A stretch of 37,408 nt of DNA from Pseudomonadota bacterium (GTDB lineage Bacteria; Pseudomonadota; Gammaproteobacteria; Pseudomonadales; Azotimanducaceae): positions 1-37,408 of the forward strand of contig JAACDS010000160.1 of NCBI GenBank assembly GCA_009936895.1, written 5' to 3'. The notes under the pieces were generated by a model. The model had not been told where the DNA came from. It saw only the letters and a list, made by a program, of their open reading frames with translations, and made no database searches. A program made the translations under genes and the position numbers. Position 1 is the first letter of the stretch; every line of letters starts with the position of its first letter. Shown here in pieces: positions 17,919-26,790 of this stretch.

Positions 17919-18410
17919 ATGACATCTCAGCCCGATACACAGTTCGAGTCACCGTTGACTCGAACTCTGGCCATGCTGCGACGAATCGAAGACAGCATCT
18001 TGGTGTTGTTGCTGATGACCATGATCGGTGTAGCTGCCAGTCAGGTAGTGCTGCGCAACTTCTTCGATGCGGGGCTGTATTGGGGCGATCCCTTGGTTCG
18101 GGTGACTGTACTTTGGGTGGCGTTGGTCGGAGCCATGGTGGCGTCACGGGATGACAGTCACATTCGTATCGATTTGCTCAGTCGTCTGATCAAGCCCAAG
18201 GATCAACAGTGGTTGGTCAGATCGACCCATTTGTTCACCTGTGTGGTGCTTGGATTGTTCACTTGGGGCAGTGGCCAGTTTGTGTATTACGAATACGTCG
18301 ACAGCGCCATCGCCTTTGGCAATGTGCCGGCTTGGATCTGCGAGATCATTATGCCTATTGGTGGCGGTGTCATGGCCCTGCGCTATCTTCTACTGACGTT
18401 TAAATCGTGA
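17919..18410 (+). CDS. dctQ: TRAP transporter small permease DctQ
   Basis: Four hydrophobic segments, QVVLRN and HIRIDL motifs. Confidence 0.9.
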   Translation: MTSQPDTQFESPLTRTLAMLRRIEDSILVLLLMTMIGVAASQVVLRNFFDAGLYWGDPLVRVTVLWVALVGAMVASRDDSHIRIDLLSRLIKPKDQQWLVRSTHLFTCVVLGLFTWGSGQFVYYEYVDSAIAFGNVPAWICEIIMPIGGGVMALRYLLLTFKS

Positions 18411-19690
18411 TCTGGCTTGGTATTGCGCTACTGCTGGCTATGGCGGTGCTCGGAGCGCCGTTGTTCGCTGTTATCATGGGCGCCGCGATGCTCGGCTTTT
18501 ACAGCGCCGACATCGATCTGGCGATTATCGCCATTGAGCTATACCGCATTGTCGACACGCCATTATTGGTCGCTTTACCGTTGTTTACCTTCAGCGGCTA
18601 TTTGCTGAGCGAATCCAACACCTCCACTCGTCTGGTGAACTTGATGCAAAGCTTGTTTGGCTGGTTGCCCAGCGGATTGGCCGTCGTTGCATTCGTGGTC
18701 TGTGCGGTCTTCACTGCGTTAACCGGCGCATCCGGCGTTACCATCGTGGCCTTGGGTGCCTTGCTCTTACCGGCCCTCAAACAGGCGGGTTTTACCGAGA
18801 AGTTCAGTCTGGGTTTGGTAACCACATCCGGCAGTTTGGGTCTGCTTTTGATGCCCTCGGTGCCCCTGATTTTGTACGGTGTGATCGCCCAACAGATTGA
18901 TGTCGGCGAGTCTTTTACGATCATTGAACTCTTTGTCGCCGGCGTTGTGCCCTTGTGTTTGATGCTGTCTCTGTTGATTGGCTGGACGGTGTGGCAACAC
19001 CGTGGCGGGGTGATTCCTCGCATACCGTTTACGACACAGAATTTACGCAATGCGCTGTGGGCGGCCCGCTGGGAATTGCCCCTTCCCTTCGTCGTTTTGG
19101 GTGGCGTTTTCGGCGGCTACTTTGCGATCTCCGAGGCCGCAGCGGTGACCGCCGCCTATGTCGTCTTGGCCGAGGTTGTACTTTATAAAGAGGTCGCTTG
19201 GCGTCAGCTGTCGAAAGTTGCGGTGGAATCCATGGTGATGGTGGGCGGCATTTTGATGATTCTAGGCATCGCCTTAGCCTTTACCAATTTCTTGGTCGAT
19301 GCCGAAGTGCCTCAGCAGTTGCTGGTGTTTATCAATCGCTACATCGAGGATCCGCTAAGCTTTCTGATCTTGCTCAATATTTTGCTTCTGATTCTGGGGG
19401 CCATGCTGGATATTTTTTCGGCTCTTGTGATCATGGTGCCGCTGCTGCTCCCGGTAGCCGTGGGCTATGGCATTCACCCGGTGCATTTAGGCATCATCTT
19501 TCTCGCGAATATGCAGATCGGCTACTTCACGCCGCCGGTGGGTATGAATTTGTTTATCGCCAGCTATCGGTTCAAGAAGCCCTTAACAGAGCTGTATTCT
19601 GCGACTCTGCCGTTCTTGCTGGTGCTGCTGCTGGCGTTGATGCTGATCACGTACTTCCCGCAGCTGAGCCTTTGGCACCTCGACACCTAG
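18407..19690 (+). CDS. dctM: TRAP transporter large permease DctM
   Basis: ALPLFTFSG, FTALTGASGVTI, SGSLG, GIHPVHLG and TPPVGMNLF motifs. Confidence 0.95.
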   Translation: MIWLGIALLLAMAVLGAPLFAVIMGAAMLGFYSADIDLAIIAIELYRIVDTPLLVALPLFTFSGYLLSESNTSTRLVNLMQSLFGWLPSGLAVVAFVVCAVFTALTGASGVTIVALGALLLPALKQAGFTEKFSLGLVTTSGSLGLLLMPSVPLILYGVIAQQIDVGESFTIIELFVAGVVPLCLMLSLLIGWTVWQHRGGVIPRIPFTTQNLRNALWAARWELPLPFVVLGGVFGGYFAISEAAAVTAAYVVLAEVVLYKEVAWRQLSKVAVESMVMVGGILMILGIALAFTNFLVDAEVPQQLLVFINRYIEDPLSFLILLNILLLILGAMLDIFSALVIMVPLLLPVAVGYGIHPVHLGIIFLANMQIGYFTPPVGMNLFIASYRFKKPLTELYSATLPFLLVLLLALMLITYFPQLSLWHLDT

Positions 19691-19705
19691 CGAAGCACCG
19701 TAGAT

Positions 19706-20131
19706 ATGAGCAACCACTCCTTTGATTTGTCCGTTGACGGCCAAGGTCTTTACGACATCACGTCTCAGGTTGCCGCGGCGGTGGCGCAAAGCGGCGTCGG
19801 TGATGGACTGGCGACAGTCTTTATCCAGCACACGTCGGCCAGTTTGCTGATTCAGGAGAACGCAGACCCGGCAGTGCAAGTTGATCTGCAAAATTGGTTG
19901 TCGCGCTTGGTACCAGAGCTGGATTCGCTTTATACCCACACCGAAGAAGGTCCGGATGACATGCCCGCTCACATCAAGGGGGCGCTCACGGCGGTGCAAG
20001 TGGCTGTGCCGGTGATTGAAGGCAGGCTAGCCTTGGGTGTTTGGCAGGGTATTTACCTGTGGGAGCACCGTCACAGTGCTCGAACTCGATCTATTGTGGT
20101 GAACGTGCTTGGCGAGGCCCCGGCGAACTAA
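19706..20131 (+). CDS. yjbQ: YjbQ (UPF0047) family protein
   Basis: QHTSASL.IQENADP, HTEEGPDDMPAHIK and LG.WQGIYLWEHR motifs. Confidence 0.93.
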   Translation: MSNHSFDLSVDGQGLYDITSQVAAAVAQSGVGDGLATVFIQHTSASLLIQENADPAVQVDLQNWLSRLVPELDSLYTHTEEGPDDMPAHIKGALTAVQVAVPVIEGRLALGVWQGIYLWEHRHSARTRSIVVNVLGEAPAN

Positions 20132-20529
20132 AGATTTTCGCGAATCTCGTCCATCCACTTTTTGTGGCCGTCTGGATCGAGAATCATGCTGGAGAAATAC
20201 TGCAGCAAGTCTTTGTGGGTCTGGTTCAGCTTGGCTTCTAGCATGGCCTGTTCCCCTGCTTTGCTGCTGATAAAGCTGAATACCGTCGTTAGGTCTTCCT
20301 CTTGGCCCAGTACGTCTTTGATTTCCGCAACCACTAAGTCATGCAGTTCTTCGAGATCCTCTTCCTCAATGCCGGCTTCACCCGGCGAGAGTACGACGTT
20401 AGACCAGAGCGTCGCGACGTAGACCTGATACAGGCTGCGGTCGATGAAGCGCTCCACCACCGTCGAGCGTTCTTTGATGTCCGCAAAGACGGGTTCGAAG
20501 GCGTAACTGAGTTCGGTTGGGTTAAGCAT
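20128..20529 (-). CDS. Hypothetical acidic protein
   Basis: Open frame with natural-looking composition filling the gap between yjbQ and the acyl-CoA dehydrogenase; 4-nt convergent overlap with yjbQ. Start uncertain. Confidence 0.65.
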   Translation of the reverse strand: MLNPTELSYAFEPVFADIKERSTVVERFIDRSLYQVYVATLWSNVVLSPGEAGIEEEDLEELHDLVVAEIKDVLGQEEDLTTVFSFISSKAGEQAMLEAKLNQTHKDLLQYFSSMILDPDGHKKWMDEIRENL

Positions 20530-20669
20530 GAGCAGATGGTGCCATACCTGCGGTGTCAGCTCTATGGTCGGCGTGGTGGCTGTACAACTTTCGACCCAAT
20601 GACAAGATTGCATCAACCTGCGCCGCTCAGTAGTGTGATCCGGTTAAAGGTCAATGAAGGAGAGAGGCG

Positions 20670-21815
20670 GTGTTGCAATTCGATCGGGTGAGTTTGGATG
20701 CTGAGTCCCAGGTGCTTCGTCTACAAGTGCGGGATTTCATCGAGGACAATCGGGCTCATTTACCCAAGCCTAATTCGGATTTTGTGACCGGTCATGACCC
20801 GGAGTTTTCACAAAAGCTAGGGGAGCAAGGCTGGATCGGCATGACCTGGCCAGAGGCCTTTGGTGGCAGCGATAAAACCAATTTCGAACGTCTGGTGGTG
20901 ACCGAAGAGCTGCTTGCTGCCGGCGCGCCGGTGAGCGCGCACTGGATTGCCGATCGCCAAAGTGGTCCGTTGTTGCTGCGTTTTGGAACTGAAGAGCAGC
21001 GCCAGAAGTACCTGCCGGGGATTGCCCGTGGCGAAAGCTATTTCTCGATCGGTATGAGCGAGCCGGACACCGGATCTGATTTGGCTTCGGTGCGGACCAC
21101 TGCCACCGCTGAAGGGGATGCGTACCGCATCAATGGAACCAAAATATGGACTACGGACGCCCACCGGAATCACTACATTATTTGCTTAGTGCGCACTGAT
21201 ACGGCCTCGGAAAACCGCCACGCGGGTTTTTCTCAGATCATTGTTGATTTGAAAAACGATGGCGCCAAGGTGCGGCCGATTCGCAACATGGCGGGTGGTG
21301 AAGATTTTAACGAAGTGGTGTTCAACAACGTGTTGGTACCTAAGGATCGCATTGTTGGCGAGCCGGGTAATGGTTGGCAGCAGGTCACATCCGAGTTGGC
21401 TTATGAGCGCAGCGGACCGGAGCGGTTCTTGTCGTCCTTCCGTGTCTTCGTGGAGCTGGTGCGGATCTGTGGTGATAACCCGTCGCCGCATCAAGCGGCC
21501 GCCATTGGCCGTATCGCATCGCACTTTATGACGCTGCGGCGCATGTCGTTGTCTGTTGCCGGCATGTTGGAGGCAGGCAAGGACGTGGGTGTGGAAGCGG
21601 CGCTGGTCAAAGAACTGGGCAATAACTTCGAAAAAGTACTGCCGGAAATTGCACGCTGGGTGGTGCCCGACCTCAGTGCCGTGGATGCAGAGCGTCAGCG
21701 CTTATTCCGGGAAACCTTCGAAGAGACACTGATGCTGTCACCGTCGTTCACGTTACGGGGGGGGACACGAGAGATTCTGCGCGGCGTGATCGCCCGCGGC
21801 TTAGGCTTGCGGTAA
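20670..21815 (+). CDS. Acyl-CoA dehydrogenase
   Basis: GMSEPDTGSDLAS, NGTKIWTT, FNEVVF, ERSG and TLRGGTREI motifs. Confidence 0.95.
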   Translation: MLQFDRVSLDAESQVLRLQVRDFIEDNRAHLPKPNSDFVTGHDPEFSQKLGEQGWIGMTWPEAFGGSDKTNFERLVVTEELLAAGAPVSAHWIADRQSGPLLLRFGTEEQRQKYLPGIARGESYFSIGMSEPDTGSDLASVRTTATAEGDAYRINGTKIWTTDAHRNHYIICLVRTDTASENRHAGFSQIIVDLKNDGAKVRPIRNMAGGEDFNEVVFNNVLVPKDRIVGEPGNGWQQVTSELAYERSGPERFLSSFRVFVELVRICGDNPSPHQAAAIGRIASHFMTLRRMSLSVAGMLEAGKDVGVEAALVKELGNNFEKVLPEIARWVVPDLSAVDAERQRLFRETFEETLMLSPSFTLRGGTREILRGVIARGLGLR

Positions 21816-21834
21816 GGGGCGCGGGAGAAACATC

Positions 21835-22797
21835 ATGGATACACAACAACTCATTATCGATACCGCAGAGAAAATCTTCACCGATCACTGCGACAAGGCA
21901 CTGTGGGATGCCACCGAACAAGGGGCCTTTCCCACCGAACTCTGGCAGCAAATTGTCGACAATGGCTTTCATCAGCTTGGTGCCGTGAACAGCGGTACCG
22001 AGACCAGAGATCTGTTTGCCTTTCTGAAAGTGTGTGGACGCTTTGCGGTGCCATTGCCGATGGCTGAGATTTTGCTCGCCAATCAATGGCTGGGCACACG
22101 TGCACCAGCCGAAGGGTTTGCCAGTATTGGCGCGCAAGCCGCCGACAGTTTGGTGCAGGTAGCTTGGGGTCGTAAGGCCGCGATAGTGCTTGGCGTAGCC
22201 TCAGACAGCTACGAGGTCAACGTGTACAATGCGGCGACCGTTAGTGGAGAAGGCACTAACCTGGCGGGAGAAGCGCGAGACACCTTGGTGGTCGATGCAG
22301 TAGAACAACAGATCCAGCTTACGGATGCGCCCTATGCCCAGCTTGCGCTGGCTCGGGTGAATTTGATGGCTGGTTGCCTCCAGGCAGTGCTGGATCTTGG
22401 CCTGCAGTTTGCTGCCGAGCGTAGCCAATTCGGACGCTCTATCAGCAAGTTTCAGGCGATTCAGCATGCCTTGGCCGTGGTCGCTGCCGAGGTGGCGGCG
22501 TCCCAACGGGCGGCTGATGCCGGCGTCGACGCCATGGGCACCGAGCGCTTCGAGCAAGAAGTGGCTGCGGCCAAGGCCCGTGTAGGTGAGGCGGTGGGTA
22601 TTGTCGCCGAGCAGGTGCATCAGGTGCACGGCGCGATGGGTTATACCTACGAACATCGCTTACACCACTTCACACGCAGACTCTGGGCCTGGCGGGACGA
22701 GTGGGGCAACGAGTTTTATTGGCAAGCTAAGCTGGGCCAGCATTTGGCAGGCTTGGGTGCCGACAAGGTATGGGGTTATATCGCCACGCCGAGTTAG
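21835..22797 (+). CDS. Acyl-CoA dehydrogenase-like subunit (short, divergent)
   Basis: RSQFGRSISKFQAIQH and HQVHGAMGYT.E motifs with a reduced middle domain. Confidence 0.9.
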   Translation: MDTQQLIIDTAEKIFTDHCDKALWDATEQGAFPTELWQQIVDNGFHQLGAVNSGTETRDLFAFLKVCGRFAVPLPMAEILLANQWLGTRAPAEGFASIGAQAADSLVQVAWGRKAAIVLGVASDSYEVNVYNAATVSGEGTNLAGEARDTLVVDAVEQQIQLTDAPYAQLALARVNLMAGCLQAVLDLGLQFAAERSQFGRSISKFQAIQHALAVVAAEVAASQRAADAGVDAMGTERFEQEVAAAKARVGEAVGIVAEQVHQVHGAMGYTYEHRLHHFTRRLWAWRDEWGNEFYWQAKLGQHLAGLGADKVWGYIATPS

Positions 22798-23348
22798 GCT
22801 TTGACCTGCTCCGGCGAGGTAGTAAGGGCGCTCAAGCGTATAAGGCGAGGGTCGTCCTTACCCAGATAGTGAGTGATCACACCACGAACAAAGGCAAGGT
22901 CTAGAGTACCTGCAGCCCACATGGCTTCCAGATCGGCCCAGTCCTTGGTGCGGTCAAAAAACACTTTGAACACTGCCAGATCCTGGCAGCTGATGAACGG
23001 CACCCGGGTGCCGGCAAAGTCTTCCCAGTGAATCCGGTGCAACAATTGGTCGTGGTAGTCGGTACTGTTGAAAAACAGATCCAGCGGGGTGCCGTCCCAC
23101 CAAAGCCGGTGCTGCAGATCGCGCCTCAGGCGTTTGATATCCGTCTTGTTCCACGACACGTTTGCGGGCAATGCCGCGAGTACCGATTCAATCTGCTCTT
23201 GACCAACGAATAAGTTCACATCGATATCGATGGTGCCTCGTGCGCTACCCGTGCACCACGCCAGCGCCAACGCTCCGCCAAAAGCATGAGGCACCTGGGC
23301 GGCGGCCAAGGCGTCATGGCAGGCTCGGATTTTTTCCACTAGGTTCAT
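22794..23348 (-). CDS. Putative nucleotidyltransferase (MenT/AbiEii-like), candidate toxin
   Basis: AFGGALAL...RGTIDID (GG plus DxD nucleotidyltransferase motif) and DLAVFK...RTKDWADL C-terminal motif. Confidence 0.75.
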   Translation of the reverse strand: MNLVEKIRACHDALAAAQVPHAFGGALALAWCTGSARGTIDIDVNLFVGQEQIESVLAALPANVSWNKTDIKRLRRDLQHRLWWDGTPLDLFFNSTDYHDQLLHRIHWEDFAGTRVPFISCQDLAVFKVFFDRTKDWADLEAMWAAGTLDLAFVRGVITHYLGKDDPRLIRLSALTTSPEQVKA

Positions 23349-23358
23349 CGGCTTGGGC

Positions 23359-23694
23359 TCAGGCCGTGTGCGGAAAAATGGGCAGTGTCACTATTTTGTC
23401 GTGGCGAACAGGGAATTGCTCTGCCAAGGTGAGTACGTCGGCCAATTCCTCGCCTCTTGGTACGCCATTGCTGAAGCGGATGCGGGGACGCAGCGTAATG
23501 TCCATCGAGTAACCGCAGGCACCAATGATTCGCTCCCAGGTTGTCGTGGTCGGGCATTTCGCGCCCTTGAGATAGGCATTGAGTGTGGCGTGAGAAGTGT
23601 TCGCCTGCTTGGCGAGCTGGCGCAGACTTAAGCCACTGTCTTGCCATGCTTTGCGCAGCATTTTGCTGGCGAGGCCGTGAGAAGAATGGGTCAT
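23359..23694 (-). CDS. XRE-family helix-turn-helix protein, candidate antitoxin/autoregulator
   Basis: SGLSLRQLAKQANTSHATLNAYLKGAKCPT HTH. AGGTG RBS before ATG 23694; 10 nt upstream of the nucleotidyltransferase gene. Confidence 0.85.
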   Translation of the reverse strand: MTHSSHGLASKMLRKAWQDSGLSLRQLAKQANTSHATLNAYLKGAKCPTTTTWERIIGACGYSMDITLRPRIRFSNGVPRGEELADVLTLAEQFPVRHDKIVTLPIFPHTA

Positions 23695-23701
23695 TGAGTC
23701 A

Positions 23702-23735
23702 CCTATAATGGTATTCAATTGAATACCATTATAGG
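23702..23735. repeat. Perfect 34-bp palindrome, candidate operator
   Basis: CCTATAATGGTATTCAA|TTGAATACCATTATAGG, with the arms exact reverse complements. Confidence 0.95.
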
Positions 23736-23757
23736 GAGGCAGTGCTCCGTCTGTAAA
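23728..23757 (-). promoter_or_regulatory. Sigma70-type promoter for the HTH-nucleotidyltransferase pair
   Basis: Minus strand TTTACA (23757-23752), 18-nt spacer, TATAAT (23733-23728). Confidence 0.7.
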
Positions 23758-23780
23758 CCCCGTAAGCGCCTTGGACAGCG

Positions 23781-24776
23781 CTAGAAGTTAACGATCATCT
23801 TGCCGGTATTGGCGCCGGTGAACAAACCGATAAAGGCATCGGGTGCCTGATCGATACCCTCGTAGATCGTTTCCTTGGTGGTGACTTCTCCGCTGGCTAC
23901 CCACTTTTCCATATCGGCACGGAATTGGGGTGCCATATGCGCGACATTGCTGCCGATAAACCCGCGCAGTGTGAGACCTAGACCAATGGCCATGGACAAA
24001 TTGTTTGGGCCCGGGCGGGCTTCGGTGTCGTTGTAGGTGGCAATGGCGCCACACAGGGGGATACGTCCGTTGGGTCGCATGCACATAATCGCTGCCTGCA
24101 GATGCTCGGCACCCACGTTGTCGAAATACACGTCAATGCCCGCAGGTGCGGCTTCTTTCAAGTGCCCAACAATGCTGCCGTCGTTGTAGTTAAAAGCATA
24201 GTCAAATCCCAACTCGTCTTTAAGCAGCTGGGCTTTGTCGTCGGAGCCTGCGCTACCGATGACCGTGCAGCCTTTAAGTTTGGCAATTTGTCCAACGATA
24301 CTGCCCACAGCGCCGGCGGCACCGGAGACAAATACGGTTTCGCCGTCTTTTAACGCACCGACTTCCAGTAACCCGACATAGGCCGTCATCCCTGGCATGC
24401 CAATCGCACCAATGTACTGAGAGGGAGCTGCGGCAATGTCACCCAGGCGCTCAATGCCTTCAGTCGATGCGGTGAAAGCCTCACGCCAGCCCCAACTGCT
24501 GGAGACATAGTCACCCTCGTTAAAGTCAGGGTGCGCAGAGGCGGTGACCTGGCCGATACAGCCGCCGGTTAGCACTTCACCGATCTGAAAGGGCGGTACG
24601 TAGGACTTGCGGTCGTACATGCGTCCGCGCATGTAGGGATCGACGGACATGCTGACGTTTTTGACCTGTATTTCGCCGTCCTTAGGTTCTGGGACGTCGA
24701 TTTCAATGATTTCAAAATCGTCTGTCTTTGGCATACCCACCGGGCGGGACTTCAGGGCTACTGCGCGTGCTTTCAT
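23781..24776 (-). CDS. NADP-dependent oxidoreductase (MDR superfamily, CurA/PTGR-like)
   Basis: SVDPYMRGRM, GMPGMTAY.GL, VSGAAGAVGS, YFDNVG and GANTGKMIV motifs. Confidence 0.93.
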   Translation of the reverse strand: MKARAVALKSRPVGMPKTDDFEIIEIDVPEPKDGEIQVKNVSMSVDPYMRGRMYDRKSYVPPFQIGEVLTGGCIGQVTASAHPDFNEGDYVSSSWGWREAFTASTEGIERLGDIAAAPSQYIGAIGMPGMTAYVGLLEVGALKDGETVFVSGAAGAVGSIVGQIAKLKGCTVIGSAGSDDKAQLLKDELGFDYAFNYNDGSIVGHLKEAAPAGIDVYFDNVGAEHLQAAIMCMRPNGRIPLCGAIATYNDTEARPGPNNLSMAIGLGLTLRGFIGSNVAHMAPQFRADMEKWVASGEVTTKETIYEGIDQAPDAFIGLFTGANTGKMIVNF

Positions 24777-24848
24777 CTTTTCTCTCTTGGTTTGATGGTC
24801 TGGTTGAATTTTTCCAATGTCTGTTTATTCGTTGCTGATATCGATTTC

Positions 24849-26468
24849 TTAGCAGGTAATGAATTCTAGGAGGGCTGCTTGACCGTTGCGGGTCGCCTCG
24901 ATGCCGCGTTCCAGTGCCGCGACGATGTCGTTGGGGTCCGTCACCCGCTCCCCGTAACCGCCAAAGGCTTTCGCCATGTCGGCGTAGTGCCCGGATATTT
25001 CAATGGCCCCGTACTTTTCTTGGGATACCGGCATGATCGGAATTTCGATGGCCATCGAAAAATTGTTGAACAAAATCGACAGAATGGGAATGTTCTCGCG
25101 CACGGCGGTTTCAAAGTCCATGCCGGTAAAGCCGATGGCCGCGTCGCCCCAGACGTTAATGCACAGCTTCTCCGGTGCCGCCAGCTTGGCGCCCATGGCC
25201 AAACCCAAGCCATAGCCAAGTTGGGTTGTCTTGCCCCAGCCAATGTAGGACAGCGGCGTGGTGGATTCCCAAAACGGCGTGGTCTGATCTCGCGGGCTGC
25301 CCGCGTCATGGGTAATGACCACATTGTCTTTGTCCACCATGCGATCCAATTCGGCGATGACCCGATAAGGATTGATTGGCGTGTCGTTGCTGGTCAGCTT
25401 GGGTAGCCATTCGCTGCGCCATTCGGCCTTGATCGCCGCAATGTTCTCGGGTTCATTTGCGCGTTTTTCGGCTGGCGCCTTGGAGTAGGTTTCCATGGCC
25501 GAGTTCAAGGCTTGCAGGGTCAGCTTGGCGTCGCCAATCAAACCGTGTTGTGCGGGGACGTCTTTGTTCAAGTCTATGGGGTCTAAGGTAGCGTGAATGA
25601 TGGTTTTCGAACCGTCTTTGTTGGCAGGCATCGGCACGCCGAAAGCCGTTAAAGCAAACGACACGCCGATGCCGAAGATGACATCGGCATCCGCTAAGTA
25701 TTTTTTCACCGGTCGTGCATTAGCCCGACCACCGCTCCCCAAGGACAGGGGATGGTTTTCTGGAAAGGCGCTCTTACCTTCAATGCTGGTGGTGACAGGA
25801 ATATTCCACGCTTCGGCCAATACCTTCAGCTCATCCCAGGCCTTGGCATAGTGCACGCCCTGTCCTGCGTAGATCACGGGTCGTTCCGCGCTTGCCAATG
25901 CGTTAGCCGCTGCTGCGATATCGTCTGGCGCGGGTGCCGTCTTGGCGCTGTAGGACGGTACGTAAGTCCAGTTATCTGGTACGTCTTCGTTCATCACGTC
26001 CAGCGGCACTTCCAGCATGACCGGCCCGGGCCGACCGTTACGCAGTTGAAAAAAGGCACGGCGCAATACTTCGGGTACGGCCTTGCCCATGGTGATGGGC
26101 TCAGCCCATTTGGTGATGTGCTGCATGTTCAGCGTGGAATTAAAGTTCGGATAGTAGTGGGCCAAGCGGCGGGGATAGCCGGCCGGAATGACCAGAATGG
26201 GAACCGATTCGGAGTAGGCCTGCGCCACGCCGCCAAAAGCGTTTTCCGCCCCGGGGCCATGCTGCATACAAAACACGCCGATCTTGTCGCCGGACGAGAG
26301 GCGAGAATACGCGTCCGCCATATGCAGGCCAATACGTTCCTGACGAACGATAACAGTTCGAATATCGAGTTTCGCGGCAGCTTCGATAAGTGGGTTAACC
26401 GGATACGCAAACAGCGTATCGATTCCTTCAGCCTTCATCGCATGGGCGATGGCATCAACTACGTTCAT
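24849..26468 (-). CDS. Thiamine diphosphate-dependent enzyme (acetolactate synthase-like family)
   Basis: RQER...HMAD, GPGAEN, GRPGPV, and GDAAIGF...NN ThDP motif. Start at ATG 26468 with a GAGGAG RBS. Confidence 0.92.
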   Translation of the reverse strand: MNVVDAIAHAMKAEGIDTLFAYPVNPLIEAAAKLDIRTVIVRQERIGLHMADAYSRLSSGDKIGVFCMQHGPGAENAFGGVAQAYSESVPILVIPAGYPRRLAHYYPNFNSTLNMQHITKWAEPITMGKAVPEVLRRAFFQLRNGRPGPVMLEVPLDVMNEDVPDNWTYVPSYSAKTAPAPDDIAAAANALASAERPVIYAGQGVHYAKAWDELKVLAEAWNIPVTTSIEGKSAFPENHPLSLGSGGRANARPVKKYLADADVIFGIGVSFALTAFGVPMPANKDGSKTIIHATLDPIDLNKDVPAQHGLIGDAKLTLQALNSAMETYSKAPAEKRANEPENIAAIKAEWRSEWLPKLTSNDTPINPYRVIAELDRMVDKDNVVITHDAGSPRDQTTPFWESTTPLSYIGWGKTTQLGYGLGLAMGAKLAAPEKLCINVWGDAAIGFTGMDFETAVRENIPILSILFNNFSMAIEIPIMPVSQEKYGAIEISGHYADMAKAFGGYGERVTDPNDIVAALERGIEATRNGQAALLEFITC

Positions 26469-26729
26469 GGTGCTCTCCTCCAGTGGATCATGCATGTTGC
26501 CAAAGTGCGGGCAGATGAGCCAATGCGGATCTGAGCCGCAAACGCGAGGGATTTTGTAGCGATGTCTTTTTCTCACGACGTCTAGGTACGCTTAATGTGC
26601 GATGACGTGGGATTGGACAGGTGTGATTCTCTTTGGCCCTGCTTTCTTCACGATGAGCGGAAGCAAGCCGCAGGCGTTTAGACTTGATTGGTCTTGCAGA
26701 TAAGATTCATCGTCTGAAACAACGAACAC

Positions 26730-26755
26730 AAAAAAGGGCGGTTAACCGCCCTTTT
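26730..26755 (-). terminator. Rho-independent terminator after aceA
   Basis: AAAAGGGCGG-TTAA-CCGCCCTTTT palindrome with a T6 tract on the minus strand, 35 nt past the aceA stop. A second small hairpin CCCAGT-CAA-ACTGGG lies at 26761-26775. Confidence 0.9.
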
Positions 26756-26790
26756 CTTGGCCCAGTCAAACTGGGTAACGGTAAAACAGT

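Noticed and set aside
22794-23780. Mobile element or prophage remnant around the HTH-nucleotidyltransferase pair
   Set aside because: No transposase, integrase, terminal repeats or target duplication visible.
24849-26468. Glyoxylate carboligase call for the ThDP enzyme next to aceA
   Set aside because: It keeps the conserved catalytic Glu (RQER) that Gcl replaces with Val, and a strong terminator separates it from aceA.
25752-26534. Long antisense ORFs (this one, also 14355-15002, 16378-17061 and 33963-34544)
   Set aside because: They lie opposite well-supported genes and are expected from codon bias in GC-rich DNA.
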